From the NCBI GenBank assembly GCA_963735035.1, contig CAVTJJ010000006.1, positions 288,001 through 352,000 on the forward strand: a stretch of 64,000 nt of DNA. Reading direction: 5' to 3'. Below the pieces are notes generated by a model. The model searched no databases and was not told the origin of the DNA. It was given only the letters and a program-made list of their open reading frames with translations. Shown here piece after piece: positions 58,260-64,000 of the stretch (within the stretch, counting starts at the first letter, position 1; the number at the start of each line of letters is the position of its first letter). Source of the DNA: an uncultured candidate division Zixibacteria bacterium. GTDB taxonomy: Bacteria > Zixibacteria > MSB-5A5 > GN15 > FEB-12. The position numbers and the translations under genes were made by a program.

Positions 58260-59467
58260 AAATACTAGTACTAAACTGCGGGTCGTCATCTGTAAAATAC
58301 CAGCTCATTGACACCGAACTCAAACTCGCTATGGCCAAGGGTATGGTTTCACGGATCGGCATGGCCGGCTCGGTCGTGACTCATAAGCCGCACGATCGCC
58401 CCGAAGTGAAGATCTCGGCTGAGATTCTCGACCACATTCAGGCCGTCGAGTATGTCATCTCGATGCTCATGTCGGCCAACCACGGTGTTATCGCCGACAA
58501 GAAAGAAATTCAGGCGGTGGGACATCGGGTGGTTCACGGCGGTGAAGCCTTCTCGGATTCTGCCCTGATTACGCAGGACATGATGGCCACGCTGCGGTCG
58601 TTGATTGATTTGGCCCCCCTTCACAATCCGCACAACATTCGTGGTATCAACGCCTGCAAAACGGGACTGCCGGGGATTCCGCAGGTTGCCGTCTTTGATA
58701 CAGCGTTTCATCACTTGATGCCGCCGCGCGCTTTCATTTACGGTCTGCCATACGTGATGTATAAGCGGTACGGTATTCGTCGCTACGGTTTCCATGGCAC
58801 GTCGCATCTATATGTGAGTGAGCGCGCCGCGGCGATGCTGGGACGTCCACTATCCGAGTTGAAAATCATCACCGCCCATCTTGGCAATGGCGCGTCGATT
58901 TCGGCGGTGGATCGCGGACACTCGATAGATACGTCGATGGGGTTTACGCCCCTTGAAGGTCTGCTGATGGGTACCCGCTCGGGCGATCTCGATCCGGCCG
59001 TGATTTTGCACGTCATGGCGCAGGAAGAGCTCTCTTTGCATGAGGCTAACGCGCTGCTGAATAAACATTCGGGTCTGGTGGGTATATCGGGTGTGTCGTC
59101 GGATGTGCGTGAAGTCATCGAAGCCGCATCGGATTCCAATCAGCCCAATGCCAAGCTGGCGCTGGAAGTGTATTGCTATCGTCTGAAGAAATACATCGGC
59201 TCGTACTTCGCTGCTATGGGCGGAGCCGATGCGGTTGTGTTCACGGCCGGTGTGGGCGAAAATTCACCATTTATCCGTGCGGCGACATGTACCAATCTTG
59301 AGTGCATCGGTATTTCTATCGACGACGAGAAGAATCGCCAGGCCATCGGCAAGGAGATGGACATCTCCACGAACGGTGCGACTTGTCGCACGCTGGTGGT
59401 GCCGACTAACGAGGAGCTGGTGATTGCGCGCGATACGGAACGTATCGTGAAAGCCTCGCAGCACTAA
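58256..59467 (+). CDS. ackA: Acetate kinase
   Basis: LNCGSSSVKYQ, GHRVVHGG, APLHNP, FDTAFH, YGFHGTSH, HLGNGAS, GTRSGD, PTNEE. Confidence 0.96.
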   Translation: MKILVLNCGSSSVKYQLIDTELKLAMAKGMVSRIGMAGSVVTHKPHDRPEVKISAEILDHIQAVEYVISMLMSANHGVIADKKEIQAVGHRVVHGGEAFSDSALITQDMMATLRSLIDLAPLHNPHNIRGINACKTGLPGIPQVAVFDTAFHHLMPPRAFIYGLPYVMYKRYGIRRYGFHGTSHLYVSERAAAMLGRPLSELKIITAHLGNGASISAVDRGHSIDTSMGFTPLEGLLMGTRSGDLDPAVILHVMAQEELSLHEANALLNKHSGLVGISGVSSDVREVIEAASDSNQPNAKLALEVYCYRLKKYIGSYFAAMGGADAVVFTAGVGENSPFIRAATCTNLECIGISIDDEKNRQAIGKEMDISTNGATCRTLVVPTNEELVIARDTERIVKASQH

Positions 59468-59484
59468 TGATAGATATGTGATTC

Positions 59485-60104
59485 TGTCTTGCCCCGGCTT
59501 GCCACGGGTACCCCACAGCTTGCTGTGGGGCCGCCCCCGCTTGAAAAGTGCCCGGCAGATGTCCACATCTGCCGGCTCGCATTAATACCGCCCCACATCT
59601 GTCTTGCCCCGTGAAGACGGGGCATCCAAGGGTATGATCGGCAGCAAACTTGATCGGCAGGGTTCCAACCCTGCCGTGCGCTCTCCGGCAGGCACAGAGG
59701 CCTGCCGATCAAAATAAACGCTCTCTTGCCCCGCTTCAGGCAGAGTACCCAGGGGTTGCCTGATCGGCAGCCAGTAGGTCAGGAGCCCTTAGGCTCCTAA
59801 TATTTTCTGCTATCTCCGTCATACCCGGCTTGGCCGGGAATCCATGGGCTGCTCGGTTGGAGGGATCACCGTCTCTGACGAGAGTTGATATCTTCGCATA
59901 TTATCATCAGTCTGCTGTGTCCTTCGTGAGTGCAAGAGTTCTTGCGGTCGCGAGTAGTCATGGGTGCCCGACCAAGTCGGGCATGACGGAATAGCAACTC
60001 TTGAGAAGATCGATCAAGATGCCACCCGCTGGGCGGGGTACAGAAGAGTGCCGTAAAAACCGGCGGACAAACACGATGTCGGGATGACAAGCATCCCGAC
60101 CTAC
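59485..60104. repeat. REP mosaic containing the left copy of a composite direct repeat
   Basis: Families G, A, B, F and J; 59648-60047 is colinear with 61572-61828 apart from an internal expansion. Confidence 0.85.
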
Positions 60105-60155
60105 AAGACTTGCCAGCGGTTGTGGTTCTGCGTGGACTTACTTGCAAGGGTTGAA

Positions 60156-61367
60156 TCAGGAGATGTCGCGGCCCACAGCAGGTCTGTTAACTACAGGTCT
60201 TTTCGGAAAGTGGATCAGAACGAGTCCAAGAAGTCCTGTTGTAACGTGGATAGTGAACATCATGCGGGCAAACTGATGGTCACTGCGATAGTCGAAAGAA
60301 GGAAACCAGGCACTCGCCAGGAGGCCCACTGCGTACAAACCGGTGGCAGCTAACCCGGCACCAACCAAGAGGTACCAGGGTTTTAGCCAGTCGCGGAAGT
60401 CGGTCCAACGCGAAGCAATCAGCTTGAGAACCAGGGGTAATGAAAGAACTACTGGCGGCAGGAATAATCGGGTCTCGCGTGCGAAGGCATTGGTCAGAAC
60501 CACGGCAGTTACGACCGGAAGCGCCACGATAGTTCCCCATCCAAGGAACCGCTCCTCGGGCGCGAGTGGAATCCGCCCTTTTAGATACGCCCACAGCGCC
60601 GACGGGATCAGCAGCCATAGCAATCCCTGTCCCATGACAAGCGAGTAGAGCGAATTGAGTGTCCACTTCGAATCGCGGAAATTCTCTGCTATACTGCTTA
60701 TTGTCGTGGCGGCCGGTTCCTTTTCCGGAAAATACCAAAATAGAAACGCAATCAAAATAGGGAACAGTGCCAGTAGGTTGCGTGGATTTGTCCGCCTGCC
60801 GTCGGCCTGAATGAAGGCAATTACCCAGACCGGGAAGAACAACACCGTTGCTTCGCGCGCGGCTATGCCGAACGCGAACGCCGCCGCGCTCCACAGGAAC
60901 TTTTTCTCAAGCAACAGGCTGAACGACAGGATGAGCGCCCCGTACTGCCAGAAGTCGTCCCACGTTTCCACCCCGAGGTGAAACGCCGCCATGACCGGAT
61001 AGGCGCCGAAGAAGGCTACGACGCCGGCCAATGCGAAGCCGTTCGAGAGCCGCAGCAGGCGGAGATATCGATAAAAGAGAAATCCAGTCAGGGCCAGAAG
61101 GGAAAACTGCAAGCACGCAAAAGCAAACTCGTACCGGCCCCCCAGCAAATCTCCCAGCCAAATTACGGGATAGGTCGTGAAGACGCGCGCCGAGAACGGG
61201 TAGTAACTGGCGTGGATATTGAGCCGGAATTTCCAGTCTGCGTCAGTGGCATTGAACATGGAGTCGGTTGCGAACTGTTCGCCGATGGAAAGCGCCAGCA
61301 GTGCGGCGATCACGATCCCGGCCGCGGCATACTCTCTTGACGATGGATGGGGGAGGTCTCTGGCCAT
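60156..61367 (-). CDS. Polytopic membrane protein, possibly GT-C-like glycosyltransferase
   Basis: About ten hydrophobic segments; loops YYPFSARVF, ETWDDF, AAREAT, ARETRLF. Confidence 0.6.
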   Translation of the reverse strand: MARDLPHPSSREYAAAGIVIAALLALSIGEQFATDSMFNATDADWKFRLNIHASYYPFSARVFTTYPVIWLGDLLGGRYEFAFACLQFSLLALTGFLFYRYLRLLRLSNGFALAGVVAFFGAYPVMAAFHLGVETWDDFWQYGALILSFSLLLEKKFLWSAAAFAFGIAAREATVLFFPVWVIAFIQADGRRTNPRNLLALFPILIAFLFWYFPEKEPAATTISSIAENFRDSKWTLNSLYSLVMGQGLLWLLIPSALWAYLKGRIPLAPEERFLGWGTIVALPVVTAVVLTNAFARETRLFLPPVVLSLPLVLKLIASRWTDFRDWLKPWYLLVGAGLAATGLYAVGLLASAWFPSFDYRSDHQFARMMFTIHVTTGLLGLVLIHFPKRPVVNRPAVGRDIS

Positions 61368-61441
61368 CCTGGCGACTATACTTCATCGTATCAATACGAG
61401 CAAGTCTTACCTTGGACGATGCGCTTTACGGGAGTCGTCTT

Positions 61442-61991
61442 GTAGGGCGGGTCCGACTGCGAACCCGCAAGAATCCGGCCGATGTCGGCATCTTCCGAGC
61501 ACTCTTCATGAACGGGTCACCCAACTGTCTTGCCTCGCTTTAGGCGGGGCACCCAAGGGATGTGACCCACCACTTGATCGGCAGGGTTCCAACCCTGCCG
61601 GACGCATTCCGGCAGGCGCAGAGGCCTGCCGATTAGAGTAAGTACTGTCTTGCCCCGCTTCAGGCAGAGCACCCAAGGGTTGTTTGATCGGCAGCCAATA
61701 GGTCAGGAGCCCTTAGGCTTCTGACATTTTCTGCTATCTCCGTCATGCCCGACCAAGTCGGGCATGACGGAACAGCAACTCTTGAGAAGATCGATCAAGA
61801 TGCCACCCGTTGGGTGGGGTACCGAAGATAGCGTGCCGTACGAGCCGGCAGATGTGGACATCTGCCGGGCACTTTGCACATCAAGCGGCAGGCCGGGCAC
61901 TCTTCATGAGCGGGTCACAATACTGTCTTGCCCAGCTTCAGGCGGGGCACCCACCGGCATGCAATCAGCGGTCAGGCAGAGACGCCTGACC
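61442..61991. repeat. REP mosaic containing the right copy of the composite direct repeat
   Basis: 61572-61828 unit, plus a duplicated GCACTCTTCATGARCGGGTCAC..TGTCTTGCC..GGCGGGGCACCCA segment (about 61499 and 61897) and family A at 61845. Confidence 0.85.
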
Positions 61992-62044
61992 GCACAATCT
62001 TCCTTGACATCACTATCATCCATCGCATATTAATACCCTACATC

Positions 62045-62207
62045 GTTTCGGTGCCGCCCAAGGTGGGCGGATAATAGGGAAGACGGTGCGAAGCCGTCGC
62101 AGCCCCGCTACTGTAAGGGCTACTCCCGCGGCCGGAAGCCACTCGTCGTAAAGACGGGGAAGGCGCCGCGCGAGGTTCGAAGCCCCAGCCAGGAAACCTG
62201 CCGAAAC
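62045..62207 (+). ncRNA. Cobalamin (B12) riboswitch
   Basis: P1 GTTTCGG/CCGAAAC; AATAGGGAA, GGTGCGAA, CCCCGCTACTGTAA, GCCACT..GGGAAGGC, AGCCAGGAAACCTGCC. TTGACA-16-CATATT lies upstream and btuB downstream. Confidence 0.93.
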
Positions 62208-62286
62208 CACACATCTTGGCATTGCCGGCAGCGTGGGCTGTCAGGTGAGACGTCTCGCGCCGGGCCGGTGGTTCAAGGAGGCTGCT

Positions 62287-64000
62287 ATGCGGCGCTTTTT
62301 CATGCTCGGCATTATGCTTCTGGCGGGTGCGACGGGACCCCGCGCGGAAGACAAGCCGGGCGACTGGCTCAATCCGTATCATCTCGAAGACACCATTGTC
62401 GTAACCGCCAACCGTCTGGCCACCCCGGTTAGTCAGACGGCCAGCTCGGTGACTGTCATCACCGCTAAGGAAATACAACAATCTCAGGCGACCAACCTGG
62501 CTGAGGCACTTCGCTCGGTTCCCGGCCTGAACGTGGTCCAGTCCGGCGGGCCGGGGCAACAGACGTCGCTCTTTCTGCGCGGAGCGAACGCGGAGCATGT
62601 GCTGGTCCTAATCGACGGTGTCAAGATCAATGACCCCTCTTCACCCAACAACGCTACGAATCTGGCGAACCTCGGTGTGGCCAATATCGATCGTATCGAA
62701 ATCCTGCGCGGCCCGCAAAGCGTGCTCTACGGCTCGGACGCTGTCGGCGGCATCATTCAGATCTTTACCAAGCGGGGGACCGGGCGTCCGGAGATCAACC
62801 TGTCGGCTGAAGGCGGTTCGCTGAACACTTATTCCGAACAATTGGCCGTAAGGGCCGGTCAGGAACAACACGATTATTCCGTGACCTTGTCCCGACACAG
62901 CACCGACGGAATTTCAGCGTCCAGGAACGGCGTAGAAAAGGACGGTTATGCCAATACCACCGTGGCAGCGGCGGCCGGACTCCGACCGTCCTCGAAAATC
63001 CAACTGCGTCTCACTGGACAGGCGTCCGAGAGTGATGTCGATCTGGATCAAGGGTACGGCGTGCTCGACGATCCCAACTACACGATGTATTCGAAAGAAC
63101 AGTACGCTTCCGCTCGTCTCGATCACGATATCTCGCGGGGACTCTGGCGGCAGCAGTTTGGCGCCTACTTGACGCGTTACGAGCGCAGGACTATCGATCG
63201 TCGTGACACCAACCATCCAGACGATACGAGCAGCACCCACTATGACGGTCTTCGCATCAAATACGATTGGCAACTGGCGGCGGCGCTGCGCGAGTCGCTG
63301 CGTATGACGGTGGGAGCCGAGACCGAATCGGATCAACTCAACCAGAGGCTGTTCTACCTGCCGGTCTGGTCCGGCGACTCGCTGAGTAAGCTGGGTGTGG
63401 TCAAGTCTCGCACTTCTGGCATGTATGCGATGGGGGAATTGAGCCGCGAAGGGTTAGGGGCAATCACCGCTGGAGGGCGGTTTGATCATCATGATCAATT
63501 CGGCGATCATGGCACGTACCGGTTAACCGGAGTGTATCACCTCAATTTGTTGCGACTCAAACTGAGGGCGACTTACGGCACCGGGTTCAAATCCCCTTCA
63601 CTTTACCAAATTTACGATCCTGGGACGGGCAACCCGCGGCTTAATCCGGAAGCGAGTCGAGGTGGAGAAGTGGGCTTGGATTACCATCCACATGGAGATG
63701 CGGTGTCGACCGGGATAACCTACTTCCATACGGATTTTGATGACTTGATTCAGTTTCAGTCGACTACCGGACATATGGGCAATGTCGCGCGGGCTCGGTC
63801 GCTGGGAGTGGAGACTTATGGCAGTCTCGACTTACGACAGACGCGAATATATTTGAGCTACACCTACACGGAAGCGGTGGATCGAGATTCCAGCCAGTTT
63901 TTGCTGCGTCGTCCGAAAAACAAAGTGTCACTCCAGGCGGAGCAGCAGGTTGTACCTTCATTTCTCATGCGCGGTGACATAATCTACACCGGCAAGCGTT
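62287..64000 (+). CDS. btuB: TonB-dependent cobalamin receptor (3' truncated; absent from the ORF track because it has no stop in the window)
   Basis: AAGGAG SD, signal peptide, TonB box DTIVVTAN, LRSVPGL, FLRGAN..VLVLIDGV, IEILRGPQSVLYGSDAVGGII; follows the B12 riboswitch. Confidence 0.88.
   Translation, partial: MRRFFMLGIMLLAGATGPRAEDKPGDWLNPYHLEDTIVVTANRLATPVSQTASSVTVITAKEIQQSQATNLAEALRSVPGLNVVQSGGPGQQTSLFLRGANAEHVLVLIDGVKINDPSSPNNATNLANLGVANIDRIEILRGPQSVLYGSDAVGGIIQIFTKRGTGRPEINLSAEGGSLNTYSEQLAVRAGQEQHDYSVTLSRHSTDGISASRNGVEKDGYANTTVAAAAGLRPSSKIQLRLTGQASESDVDLDQGYGVLDDPNYTMYSKEQYASARLDHDISRGLWRQQFGAYLTRYERRTIDRRDTNHPDDTSSTHYDGLRIKYDWQLAAALRESLRMTVGAETESDQLNQRLFYLPVWSGDSLSKLGVVKSRTSGMYAMGELSREGLGAITAGGRFDHHDQFGDHGTYRLTGVYHLNLLRLKLRATYGTGFKSPSLYQIYDPGTGNPRLNPEASRGGEVGLDYHPHGDAVSTGITYFHTDFDDLIQFQSTTGHMGNVARARSLGVETYGSLDLRQTRIYLSYTYTEAVDRDSSQFLLRRPKNKVSLQAEQQVVPSFLMRGDIIYTGKR

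Overview
A core-genome bacterial region of about 55 CDSs, fairly GC-rich. It looks anaerobic and diderm, and an FCB-adjacent lineage such as Zixibacteria is plausible by inference only. In order it contains: the C-terminus of an SprA-like barrel, an M28/glutaminyl-cyclase lipoprotein, selA-selB, an amidohydrolase, nfeD-SPFH, dCMP deaminase, glnA, degP, purN-purC-purH, smg-coaBC-UDG-dnaB-radA-tgt, an ALDH/arginine-synthetase-like(ArcE)/carbamate kinase block behind a Rex-like operator, a TCA cluster (sucCD, korDABC, ndk, larA-like, mdh, icd), a lone SIR2-like gene, a DT-pentapeptide-repeat lipoprotein, ccmABE (CxxxY CcmE), lepB-rseP-dxr, hbd-ackA, and a cobalamin riboswitch upstream of btuB (truncated by the window end). 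Five genes carry apparent single-base insertions that look like assembly errors. coaBC differs in needing a -1 shift at an in-frame A_AAA_AAG slippery site. The main non-coding signal is more than ten families of REP-like hairpins filling most long intergenic gaps. These show compensatory base changes, a 23-nt hairpin module inserted without target duplication into three different host repeats, a 24-nt palindrome shared between an intergenic site and the inside of a coding gene, and a ~250-bp composite direct repeat flanking one membrane-protein gene. Exported proteins are also rich in the Bacteroidetes O-glycosylation sequon D-(S/T)-hydrophobic. No tRNA, rRNA, CRISPR or transposase was recognised.
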